A DNA stretch of 60,940 bases, filler included, from Armatimonadota bacterium (GTDB lineage Bacteria > Armatimonadota > Fimbriimonadia > Fimbriimonadales > Fimbriimonadaceae), in assembly GCA_031400935.1 (NCBI GenBank). It is 3 parts of 3 records of this genome, joined end to end, with 100 filler letters (N's around TTAATTAATTAA, not from the genome) between each part and the next. Parts side by side here need not be neighbours in the genome. Positions count along the whole stretch, not along the records: positions 47,595 to 60,940 come from JANNQV010000066.1; 2 more parts are not named here. One strand, written 5' to 3'. Position 1 is the stretch's first letter; every line of letters starts with the position of its first letter. A program made the translations under genes and the position numbers. The notes below the pieces were generated by a model. That model was given only the letters and a program-made list of their open reading frames with translations, was not told the origin of the DNA and ran no database searches. This document shows positions 47,826-56,729 of the stretch, piece after piece.

Positions 47826-48794
47826 ATGAAAATACATCCGCTCATATTGATAGCAAGCTTTGCCGTTTCAGGATTCGCTAATTCTCAAGTTGACAATGCC
47901 CGAATTGTCGCCGTAATCAACGGCGAGGAACTGAAAGGTGCTGAATTCTATCGTCGAATGGAATACCTCGCAGAAATCGGTCGAATTGTGAACAACGATT
48001 TTGTGGAGAGCACACCGGCATTTTGGACCCTTGAGCGAATCATTACCGAAAAGCTCATTTTTGCCGTTGCCAAACAAAAAGCGGTATATCCTTCTCCGAC
48101 CGAGATTCAAAATGAGGTTGCGCTCAGAACAGCAGATGTTTCGGCTGTAGAGATTTGGACGGCAAGCGGCCAAACCAAGGCCGAGCTTGAGTATCAGATA
48201 TTGATTCAACTTTGTCAGTTCAAAATAGCAACAGCAGGGATAAATGTCACCGATTTGGAAGTCGAGAAGTTCTTCAAAGACTATCCCAGCATGTTCACGA
48301 TTCCAAAGCGGCACAAGTTAAGGGTCATTTCAGTGGGAGACGATGCCAAGAAAGCCCAAGTTGATTTTCAGTTGCAAAGTGGAAAATCGTTTGTCGAAAT
48401 CGCAAAGACGATGAGTGATGACTTAACGAAAGCTAGCGGTGGCGACTTTGGCGCAGTGGATATCACCAGGGTAAACGAAACGATGCGCAAGGCAATTGAG
48501 GTCACAAAAGTTGGCGGCGTAACAGCTTGGCTTGACGCGGGACAACAAAAATTGAAGTTTTTAGTAGAGGAAATCCTGCCGGCGCAATTGCAAAAACTCG
48601 ATGACAAGCTCAAAAAATCAATTCGTCGCCGAATGATGCTGGATCGGGGCAAGGTCAAGAATGACGTGCCGAAAATGATGCTTGAAGCCCGCAACGCTAT
48701 GAAAATTGACATCAGGTCAAAGGAACTTTCTTCAGAATACGACAGAATCATGAAGAGGCCGACACCGCCGTTGCCAAGCACGATTAAACCGTAA
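47826..48794 (+). CDS. SurA/PrsA-like peptidyl-prolyl isomerase chaperone
   Basis: Signal peptide, IVAVINGEE, parvulin-like SFVEIAKTMSDD..KASGGDFG. Confidence 0.8.
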   Translation: MKIHPLILIASFAVSGFANSQVDNARIVAVINGEELKGAEFYRRMEYLAEIGRIVNNDFVESTPAFWTLERIITEKLIFAVAKQKAVYPSPTEIQNEVALRTADVSAVEIWTASGQTKAELEYQILIQLCQFKIATAGINVTDLEVEKFFKDYPSMFTIPKRHKLRVISVGDDAKKAQVDFQLQSGKSFVEIAKTMSDDLTKASGGDFGAVDITRVNETMRKAIEVTKVGGVTAWLDAGQQKLKFLVEEILPAQLQKLDDKLKKSIRRRMMLDRGKVKNDVPKMMLEARNAMKIDIRSKELSSEYDRIMKRPTPPLPSTIKP

Positions 48795-48799
48795 AACCA

Positions 48800-49591
48800 G
48801 TGGCTATGGGTTCAAATGGAGCATCGGAAATTGGAAAGCTTATCGAAGTTGTAGATAGGCTTTTAGGGCCAGGCGGTTGCCCCTGGGATCAGGAACAAAC
48901 CCACGAATCGCTCAAAAAACATCTTTTAGAAGAGGTTTATGAAGTCTTCGATGCCATAGATTCTGGTGACAAGGATCGCCTTTGCAACGAACTTGGTGAC
49001 CTGCTTCTTCAACCCATCATGCACGCCCAAATGCAAGCTAGAGATGGCGGCTTTTCAATAGAAGATGTTGCAAGCGGAATTACCGAGAAGCTGATTCGGC
49101 GACATCCGCACGTTTTTGGCGATGTTGAAGTTGCCGATGCAAATGAAGTCCTTCAAAATTGGGATCGGATCAAACAATCTGAAAATTCATCAAAAAACCC
49201 TCCATCTATCCTTGACGGAGTACCTAAGACCCTTCCTTCCCTTCATGGCGCCTTTGAAGTCAGCAAACGAGCAGCAAGAGTTGGTTTCGAATGGCCCAAC
49301 CAAGTTGAGGTTTTCGAGAAGTTAGACGAAGAATTATCGGAGCTGAACCAAGCTCTTGCATCAAAGGACAAAGAGCAAATCGAAGCTGAAATCGGCGACG
49401 TTCTTTTCACAATTGTAAATATCGCAAGGTGGAACGAGATCGAACCAGAAGAAGCAATGAGGAAAATGCTCGGGCGATTTACATCTCGCTTCAACCAAAT
49501 GGAGGCTGATGCGAAAAAGCCACTTCGTGAACTATCAGCGGAAGAATGGGACGAGCTTTGGAATACGGCGAAGGCGAATGAAAGAGTTTAG
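48800..49591 (+). CDS. mazG: Nucleoside triphosphate pyrophosphohydrolase MazG
   Basis: GCPWDQEQT, LLEEVYE, ELGDLLLQ, KLIRRHPHVF, EIGDVLF. Confidence 0.96.
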   Translation: MAMGSNGASEIGKLIEVVDRLLGPGGCPWDQEQTHESLKKHLLEEVYEVFDAIDSGDKDRLCNELGDLLLQPIMHAQMQARDGGFSIEDVASGITEKLIRRHPHVFGDVEVADANEVLQNWDRIKQSENSSKNPPSILDGVPKTLPSLHGAFEVSKRAARVGFEWPNQVEVFEKLDEELSELNQALASKDKEQIEAEIGDVLFTIVNIARWNEIEPEEAMRKMLGRFTSRFNQMEADAKKPLRELSAEEWDELWNTAKANERV

Positions 49592-49651
49592 GAAAATAAG
49601 CGCGGAATTCAGAAACAGCAATCCACCATCTCCACCATAATTGAAACAATA

Positions 49652-50527
49652 ATGAAATTGCGAAAATACAAATCAAAGAAAGGTCTTCGAACGACCTTCC
49701 TGGCATCACTGATTGCACTGGCATTGCCGACTTTCGCATGGTTTGAAACCGGCCATATGGTCGTCGCCGAAATTGCGCTACGCCATTTAGAACCAAACAC
49801 TAGGAAACAGGCCCTAGAACTTCTTCAAGAAGCCTATCTTGACGCTCGCACGAACGACTTCCGAACCGCTTCCGTTTGGGCAGACGACCACAAGTCCTCC
49901 GCCGATGCCCACTGGCACTACATAAATTGGTTCTTCAAGGTTGATGGCAGCGATGGTTCTGGCAAGCCTCGCGAAGAAAATGTTGTGTGGGCTATCGAAA
50001 AATTTAGGGCACTTCTATCAGACACTGCAAGCACAAAAGGGCAAAGAGCACAAGCTATGGTTTGGCTGTTGCACTTTGTTGGCGATATTCATCAGCCGAT
50101 GCACTCAGTCGCACGAGAATCTGCCGCTCACCCAACTGGAGATCGCGGTGGAAACGAATTCTCAATCACTTCCCCCGATTCAATCACTCCTCCTGTCCGA
50201 AACCTTCACTTTCTGTGGGATTCTGGTGGCGGTTATTTTCCCAAAGTTGTACGCCCGCTTAACGATGTCGGGCAGCGAACAATTGCTCGCCTGGCCGACG
50301 AATGTGAAAAATCGTTTTCGTGGGACAAAGCCCAAACGGAACTTCATACTTCAGATTCAAATCGTTGGGCAAAGGAGAGCTTTGCTTTAGCGAAAAGCGA
50401 AGCGTACGATCTGAAAGAAGGCGAAGTCCCATCTGAGGCCTATCTCAAGAATTGCCGGGCGATTTCAATGCGAAGAGTGACTCTTGCAGGTTATCGGCTA
50501 GCGGCAGTTCTCAATAAAGCGCTTTAG
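49652..50527 (+). CDS. S1/P1 family nuclease, exported
   Basis: Signal peptide then WFETGH, WADD, WHYIN, HFVGDIHQPMH, LHFLWD, LAGYRLA. Confidence 0.93.
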   Translation: MKLRKYKSKKGLRTTFLASLIALALPTFAWFETGHMVVAEIALRHLEPNTRKQALELLQEAYLDARTNDFRTASVWADDHKSSADAHWHYINWFFKVDGSDGSGKPREENVVWAIEKFRALLSDTASTKGQRAQAMVWLLHFVGDIHQPMHSVARESAAHPTGDRGGNEFSITSPDSITPPVRNLHFLWDSGGGYFPKVVRPLNDVGQRTIARLADECEKSFSWDKAQTELHTSDSNRWAKESFALAKSEAYDLKEGEVPSEAYLKNCRAISMRRVTLAGYRLAAVLNKAL

Positions 50528-51384
50528 CGCTCGATACTCCCAGCTTTTATCGGAAACGGTGGCGAATCGTATTTGAGGTTCAGTTTCAGGTTGCTTTCAT
50601 CGGACTTGCACGAAGCCCAGCCGCCGCCGCCTCAACCGTAAGTCATGGAGCCAGATGCGTTCAAATTGCCCTTCGAATCAAACAATTCATAACCAATTGG
50701 AATCCGTTTGCCGCTTGCATAGATTGAAAGTCCCGAACGGTTCTCACCTGTGATTTCCATGGAAACTTGAACTACGCCCTTCTTTGCCATCAAACCAGAA
50801 TTGACAACTATTTCTGAACTGATATCTAGCCTTGTTTCCTTTCCGGCGTCAACGCGAAACGACTTGATTTCTGGCCCCATTGTCGAAATGTGCCAAACCT
50901 TGCCATCCTGTGCTTTTCTAATAATTCGATAGCCTCGAACCGTGTAGTTCCCTGCTTTTAGGAATCGCTTTGAAGATTTTGCATCTTCCCAAGACAATCG
51001 AAAAACTTTGCCGTCTTCACTAGCAACCAAAATTGCACCATTGGCAAAATCAGTTCGAACCGAACCGAGTCCCGCTCCAGGTTTTGAAAGGGCCAATTCA
51101 GGGATACCCTCTTGAATTGTTTGGAAGTAAGTAATCAGGGCCTCACGGGCCCCCTTTTGCGTATCGCTTCAGGCAGTCTCCCGAACTTGGCCGAGCCAAG
51201 CTCTTTCGGTTTCAAACCGAGTGTCTGGGGGCACATGGCAAGAAGAGCATTTCTTCTTGAACATTTCGCCTGCGTTTGCGAACACCTCGCTACTAGGGGC
51301 ATGATGTTGGGTTGTAGGGGCGGAAAAACCAACGAGGGTAATGCCCGCAATTCCTAAAATCGCAAATCCCAAATGAGCTCGCAT
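50524..51384 (-). CDS. Predicted di-selenocysteine monoheme cytochrome c protein (286 aa; Sec72 = TGA 51169-51171, Sec251 = TGA 50632-50634)
   Basis: One frame from ATG 51384 to TAA 50524, broken only by two TGAs; signal peptide, CSSCH; a similar SECIS-like hairpin after each TGA; the final TAA overlaps the stop of the convergent nuclease. Confidence 0.75.
50602..50618 (-). promoter_or_regulatory. Candidate bacterial SECIS for the second UGA
   Basis: mRNA GGGCUU-[CGUGC]-AAGUCC, loop starts 19 nt after the UGA. Confidence 0.65.
51138..51152 (-). promoter_or_regulatory. Candidate bacterial SECIS for the first UGA
   Basis: mRNA GGGCC-[CGUGA]-GGCCC, loop starts 21 nt after the UGA. Confidence 0.65.
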
Positions 51385-51493
51385 TCCTAAGATTAGCACG
51401 TTGGTCAACGCAATGTCTCGCTTCAATTGCATTTCTGCAAATTTGGAATTTGGTCGGAGATGCAATTCGTCTACAATTCTCTTAGAATCTCTT

Positions 51494-52255
51494 ATGTTGC
51501 GATCCACATTCATTTTCATCCCTGGCGTCGGCCCCACAACCGAACGCGCTCTCTGGAAGCAAGGATTTACCGATTGGACACTCCTGCGAGAGAATTTGAA
51601 AGAAGCGAAGCTTGGAACAGCAAGTATTGACGACGCTAAAAAGTCCATCGACACAGCTGAAAAGATGCTCAGCGAGGGAAATCACCAGTATTTCGCCAAG
51701 AAGTTGGGAATCGCCGAAGCCTGGCGGGCTTGGCCGCATTTCAAGGATTCGATGGTCTATCTCGACATCGAAACCGACGGCGGAATGCGAGGCGAATCGG
51801 TCACGATGATCGGCCTCTATGATGGCAAAGAATTCAAAGCGCTGATTAAAGACGACAGCATCGAGGAATTTAAGGATCTAATAACACACTACAGTATGAT
51901 CGTCACGTTTTTTGGGACAGGATTCGACCTGCCGATGCTTCAAAAACGGTTTTGGGGAATGCAGTTCGACCAAATCCACCTTGACCTTTGCCCGACTCTC
52001 AAACGCCTTGGCTATCGCGGCGGGCTGAAAAAAATCGAGCGTCAGGTCGGAATTTCTCGCGCGGAGGAAACCGACGGTCTTTCAGGCATGGACGCGATTC
52101 ACCTTTGGAATCGGCATTTACGGGGAGATGAATCTGCGCTACCGACTTTAGTCGCTTACAATCGTGAAGACGTAGTGAATCTTGAAAAACTTTCTGAATT
52201 GGCGTATTCGAAACTTGAGGCGACGGTCCGCGGGAGTTTGGGAGTGTTGTGTTAG
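51494..52255 (+). CDS. YprB-like RNase H-fold exonuclease
   Basis: MLRSTFIFIPGVG (HhH-like), YLDIETDG, TFFGTGFDLP, GGLKKIE, YNREDV; ATG 51494 preceded by TAGAAT. Confidence 0.85.
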   Translation: MLRSTFIFIPGVGPTTERALWKQGFTDWTLLRENLKEAKLGTASIDDAKKSIDTAEKMLSEGNHQYFAKKLGIAEAWRAWPHFKDSMVYLDIETDGGMRGESVTMIGLYDGKEFKALIKDDSIEEFKDLITHYSMIVTFFGTGFDLPMLQKRFWGMQFDQIHLDLCPTLKRLGYRGGLKKIERQVGISRAEETDGLSGMDAIHLWNRHLRGDESALPTLVAYNREDVVNLEKLSELAYSKLEATVRGSLGVLC

Positions 52256-52492
52256 GCGATCCCCCTTTCCATGCTTGGGAGGAGGAGTCAAGGCATACTA
52301 GCCGGAGGTCGAAGTCACCGGGTTCTGTAGTAGTATCAACCCCGCAACCTGGAAGGTTTGCAGCAGAATTTGGCTACGACAGAGTGCATCTCTTAAGCTA
52401 AATTCACTCTGATTTCGATTTGTTCCGAGCTTTGGTGCTGGCATCCCTCCAGGATCGTTGAATGCACACTAGAAATCGTGCCCCTGCTCCCC

Positions 52493-53410
52493 TCAGTTAT
52501 CTCGTAAGTTCTCCCAAGCCGCCCGAAAGCCCACAGCATCAACCTTGCTGGATGCAATTCCATTTGTGTTTTCCAAAATTGAAATGGCAATGTGGATGGG
52601 CATCACGGAGGAACCTTCATCAACAGCTTGCAGATGCGCTTTGGTGAGAAATTCGGAAAGGGATGGTTCGATTGTTTCAATCCCTTCTGATGCCATCGCC
52701 AACATTCGAAATTCGATGGAAGACATGATCTCAAGTCTTTCTTAGTTCAATTCGGCCAATACTCTTCCGATTTCGAAATCTTGAGAGGCGAGAAGGCTAA
52801 GGAAAAGGTGATCCAGAACAAACCTCCCCTGGTGAAGCATCATGAACTGGGCGGCATCGGCTAAGGCTCCCAGTATCCTGTTACTTTCTGATTTTGCAAC
52901 GGCTTTCCTCACCATCTTCGTCAAGGATTCTGCTGCCTCATCAGAGACTGAACTAGCGGCATATGGAAATCGTTCCTCCCCATCCGTCAATTTCAATACT
53001 GCTTTTCGAGCTTCTTCCAATGTAGCGCCCATTTTTGCCAAAACTCTTCCAGCCAGCCCGTCTCCTTCGCGAATCAATCCCAGCAGCAGATGCTCAGTGC
53101 CAATGAAGTTGTGGTTCAGATTTCGGGCCTCATCATACGCCAGGTCATTAACTCGCTTGGCGCGAGGCGTAAGCGTCATGTCCTGACTTGGTCCAATATC
53201 TCCTCTAGGAAGTTGTTTCTCTAATTCAGCTCGCACTCTGGACAGCGAGAGGCCTAGCTCCCTCAAAATACTGGCGGCGGTCGAATCTTCTTCTCGCACT
53301 AAACCTAGAAGCAAATGCTCTGTGGAGACATAACCCTCTCCAAAATTCTGCGCCTCTTCCTGAGCGTAGAAAACAACTTTCCGAGCACGTTCTGTAAATC
53401 TTTGCCACAT
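52493..53410 (-). pseudogene. Clp N-terminal repeat protein interrupted by an in-frame TAA at 52742-52744 (the 52742-53410 part may be expressed alone)
   Basis: MWQRFTERARKVVFYAQEEA...TEHLLLGL twice; ORFs 52742..53410 and 52493..52726 share a frame and join as ...LAELN*ERLEIMSS... Confidence 0.6.
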
Positions 53411-53514
53411 CCCATATTTAGAGTTCGGCGGATAGAATCAATTGTCCTTCAACTACACGTGACATGAACTGCCATTTGAAACGACTTCATGCGAAAGTGG
53501 GGGGAGCTCAATGC

Positions 53515-53552
53515 AAAAAGAAACGGCCCCACGAAAGTCGTGGGGCCGTTTT
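53515..53552 (-). terminator. Rho-independent terminator after the secretion operon
   Basis: aaacggccccacga-aag-tcgtggggccgttt stem; aaaaagaaa on + gives a U-tract on the - strand. Confidence 0.85.
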
Positions 53553-53571
53553 GAAGGAAGTGAAAAACAGC

Positions 53572-54267
53572 TTAAACTGTCGGTGGAATTCTTCGTCCGC
53601 CCTGAGCCTCGTTAGGATCAGCCTTGAACGGCTCTCCCAACATGCCCTTTAGGGTTGCTTTCTGAGAATCAGTGAGAACCTTTCCTAATTCCTCGTCAAG
53701 AATCTTATTGTTCTTGTCTCTAAGTTCGCCAGATTGCTCTCGCTCGATTTCGCCGTTTCGAACTTTCTCCTGGATCGCTTGGTTTGCTGCCTGTTGTTTT
53801 TCTTGAAGAGACTTGATTGAAGCCTTTTGTGCGTCTGACAGAGCAAGTGCCTTCTGAAGATCAACGTCGTTCATAACGGCACGATTGCCAGCTAGTTGCC
53901 AGCCAATCTGCTTGAGTCGTTTGGATTGCTCTGGTGTTAAAACCTTGTCAATTTTCTCTTGCTGCTTTTTCTGGAAAGCTTGGAATTGCGCCATCATGGC
54001 TTCTCGGTCACCGCCGCCACCGCCGCCTTGGAATGCAGCTTGCATTTCCTCTCGACCCGCCGTATTGATAGCTTCGATCTGCTTGATTTGATCGGCTGTC
54101 AATTTGAGGTCTGCTTGAACGTCTTTACGGTTCAGTTGCTGACCGCCGCCCATGCCGCCACGTTGGCCAAAACCGCCGCGGCCTTGTCCACCGCCGCCTT
54201 GAGCGTACGAAACTGAAGCTGCGGCTACGAGTGTTGCAGCTATGCCAAATAAAAATACTTTTTTCAT
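53572..54267 (-). CDS. Spy/CpxP (LTxxQ repeat)-like periplasmic protein
   Basis: Signal peptide, LKLTADQ, LTPEQ, LSDAQ, LTDSQ repeats; ATGA overlap with the secretin stop. Confidence 0.75.
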   Translation of the reverse strand: MKKVFLFGIAATLVAAASVSYAQGGGGQGRGGFGQRGGMGGGQQLNRKDVQADLKLTADQIKQIEAINTAGREEMQAAFQGGGGGGDREAMMAQFQAFQKKQQEKIDKVLTPEQSKRLKQIGWQLAGNRAVMNDVDLQKALALSDAQKASIKSLQEKQQAANQAIQEKVRNGEIEREQSGELRDKNNKILDEELGKVLTDSQKATLKGMLGEPFKADPNEAQGGRRIPPTV

Positions 54268-56729
54268 GCTTTTTCCTTGAGTCTAGAGGTGTTAAGCCGG
54301 GGAGGCTTCACCGTCCCACCGCCAGTCTTAGCAGGTTCTGACGAACCGACACCTGCCTTGTTCACTGATTCTTTTGTTTGCTTGGAAAGATTTTTGAGTT
54401 GCTCTTCTCGAAGCTTTCGTGCCTCTTCAGGATCACGTACAACCCTCGGAGTCAAAAAGACGAGCAATTCTGTCTTTACATTTTGCTTGTCAGTTGATTT
54501 GAAGAGTTGTCCTAAGATAGGAATATCTCCAAGCAATGGCACCTTTTTGGTCGTTGCGCTGACTGTGTTGCGAATAATTCCGCCAAGGATTATTGTTTCG
54601 CCATCTTTGACCGAGACAGTAGTGTCAGCTTGGCGCTGATTGATAATCGGCGCGTTGAAGGACGTGAATCCTTGCAGGTCGTTGGCCTGCTGGTTGATTT
54701 CCATCGTCACATAGCCGTTTGAAGTGATTCGAGGAGTGACGGTAAGCACGATTCCTACATCTTGGAATGCATAGGTGAAAGTCAGATTTCCGTTCGGATC
54801 TTCTCGCGAACTCAATACATACGGAACTCGCTGGCTGATGTTGATCGAAGCCTCAGAGTTGTTAGAAGTAAAAATTCTTGGAGTGCTTAGCACATGGAAT
54901 TTTTGATCAGTTTTCAATGCATTGATAAACACACTGAAGTCGTTTCCGGCCAGCGTGTACTTAAATCCTTCACGCTCTGGATTCGCATTTCCAACGCCAA
55001 ATCCTGTACCACCCGAATGGCCAAAACCGCCCTTGCTTGCGGAAAACTCCCATTCGACGCCAAGTTTCGTTGACGAGTCAAGCGTTGCTTCAACGATCAA
55101 AGTTTCGATCATTACCTGCTCGGGAATCTTGTCAAGCTGGGCAAAAATTTGACGAATCAGCTCGAGATTCTCAGGCGAAGTAACTACGATCAAGCTATTT
55201 GTGTTTTGATCCGGAATAACGGTGATTTGGTTTGTCAAGTCTCGTGTCGGCACCAATCTGCCTTGAGCATCCCGACCTGTTGATTGAGCTGTTGCTGGCC
55301 GATTCTGTTGCCCGCCTGCGCCGCCAAAGAATCCGCCTTGCTGAACCGCAATGCTGGTTTCTAATGCGCCGTTGTCAATATCTGGGTTGTTCAAGAGTGC
55401 TTCTAGTTCGGCTTGAGTCATGCCAGTCTCAGCATTTCCACCACCAAACGCTCCGCCACCACCGCCGCCGTTATTTCGAGGCTGTTGATTGTTTCGGGGC
55501 TGGTTGGTTCCCGTCGCTCGTGCTCCACCAGTATTGGTACGATTGGTACCCGTACGAGCACCGAACGCCTGGTTCATCAGGTTTGCAATCTGATCCGCTC
55601 TGGCATTCATCAATGGGAACACAAATGTAGTTGATTCCATCTTGATATCAACATCAAGCTCTTTGATAACCATATCAACAAGCTTCAAATTGTCATCGGT
55701 AGCCGTAACAATCAAAGAATTCGTTCTAGGTTCAGCAACAACAGAGCCAAATGCCGCTTGCGCGTTGCCCAATCGGAAGGCAGTTTGGAATCGTTGCTCG
55801 ATTGGAACCTGTTGGTTGCCCGAACCGCCACGACCTCGTGGAGCATTCGCTGTCAATACGTTTTGAACCGCGGCCGAGATGTCTTGAGCAACAGCAAACT
55901 GAAGTTTAAATACTTTTGGACTCAAAGGCTGTTCTGTTTGTTTGTCAATTTGCTTGATAATGTTTTCGATTGATGATTGCTGGCTTTGAGGCGCGTTTAC
56001 AATTACTGTATTTGAAAAGTCATCTGAACTTGCTCGCACCGACTGCCCGCTTGAACCGCCACGTCCGCCAAATCCGCCACCCGTTTGGCCACCAAAACGA
56101 CCGCCACGTTGCCCGCCTTGAGGCTGGTTTCGGTTACCTTGCTGTTGTTGCATTTGTTGCAAAAATTGAGTCATTGGGTCTTGCGCTTGAGCGAAGACAT
56201 CGTTGAGCACTCTAGCAACTTGGGCAGCGTTAGCATATTGAATCGGATAGACCTTGAGGCTTGTTTCTCCGCCGCCAAACATGCCTCGCATTTGTTCAGG
56301 GGACATTGAACCGAAGTCCATTCCGCCTCCGCCTTGATTTCGTCCGCCCTGAGCATTGCGATTATTCGTGTTCCGAATAATTATCAACTTGCCTTGATCC
56401 TGCATTTCAAAACCTTTCAGTTTTAGAGTTGCGCTCAAGACTTCAAAGGCTTCGTCTAGTGGCAATGGTTTCGCGCTTGTAATCGTAATCGGGCCGGTCA
56501 ACGTGGGATCCTTTACAAGCGTGATTCCAGAAGTTTTGGAATACAGGCTGAGAACCATGTCAACATTCGCATTTTTGAAGTCAAGCTTCATTCGCGTTTT
56601 TGTGTTCAATTTGAACTTCTTCCAAGGTTCGCTCGGACCGGTTGCGCCACCACCAAAATCAAATTGCGCCGTGGCAAAGCATGTTGCCAAAGCCATAGTC
56701 AAAATCAATGCATTTTTAATTGTTGCCAT
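54264..56729 (-). CDS. gspD: Type II secretion secretin
   Basis: N0 plus repeated N domains (VYPIQYANA, TNSLIV), QVMIETLIVE, LSTPRIFT, VPLLGDIPILGQLF, ELLVFLTPRVV; start 56729 or 56747. Confidence 0.93.
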   Translation of the reverse strand: MATIKNALILTMALATCFATAQFDFGGGATGPSEPWKKFKLNTKTRMKLDFKNANVDMVLSLYSKTSGITLVKDPTLTGPITITSAKPLPLDEAFEVLSATLKLKGFEMQDQGKLIIIRNTNNRNAQGGRNQGGGGMDFGSMSPEQMRGMFGGGETSLKVYPIQYANAAQVARVLNDVFAQAQDPMTQFLQQMQQQQGNRNQPQGGQRGGRFGGQTGGGFGGRGGSSGQSVRASSDDFSNTVIVNAPQSQQSSIENIIKQIDKQTEQPLSPKVFKLQFAVAQDISAAVQNVLTANAPRGRGGSGNQQVPIEQRFQTAFRLGNAQAAFGSVVAEPRTNSLIVTATDDNLKLVDMVIKELDVDIKMESTTFVFPLMNARADQIANLMNQAFGARTGTNRTNTGGARATGTNQPRNNQQPRNNGGGGGGAFGGGNAETGMTQAELEALLNNPDIDNGALETSIAVQQGGFFGGAGGQQNRPATAQSTGRDAQGRLVPTRDLTNQITVIPDQNTNSLIVVTSPENLELIRQIFAQLDKIPEQVMIETLIVEATLDSSTKLGVEWEFSASKGGFGHSGGTGFGVGNANPEREGFKYTLAGNDFSVFINALKTDQKFHVLSTPRIFTSNNSEASINISQRVPYVLSSREDPNGNLTFTYAFQDVGIVLTVTPRITSNGYVTMEINQQANDLQGFTSFNAPIINQRQADTTVSVKDGETIILGGIIRNTVSATTKKVPLLGDIPILGQLFKSTDKQNVKTELLVFLTPRVVRDPEEARKLREEQLKNLSKQTKESVNKAGVGSSEPAKTGGGTVKPPRLNTSRLKEKA

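Noticed and set aside
50524..51384. Genome-wide UGA reassignment (code 4 or 25) as the explanation of the in-frame TGAs
   Set aside because: TGA is a real stop on the same contig (ATGA overlaps at 54264, 57946, 59208), and conserved Trp and Gly positions in the long genes are not interrupted.
51385..51654. 5' extension of the cytochrome ORF given in the track (161 aa)
   Set aside because: It overlaps the divergent exonuclease gene; the signal peptide and an extended -10 point to ATG 51384.
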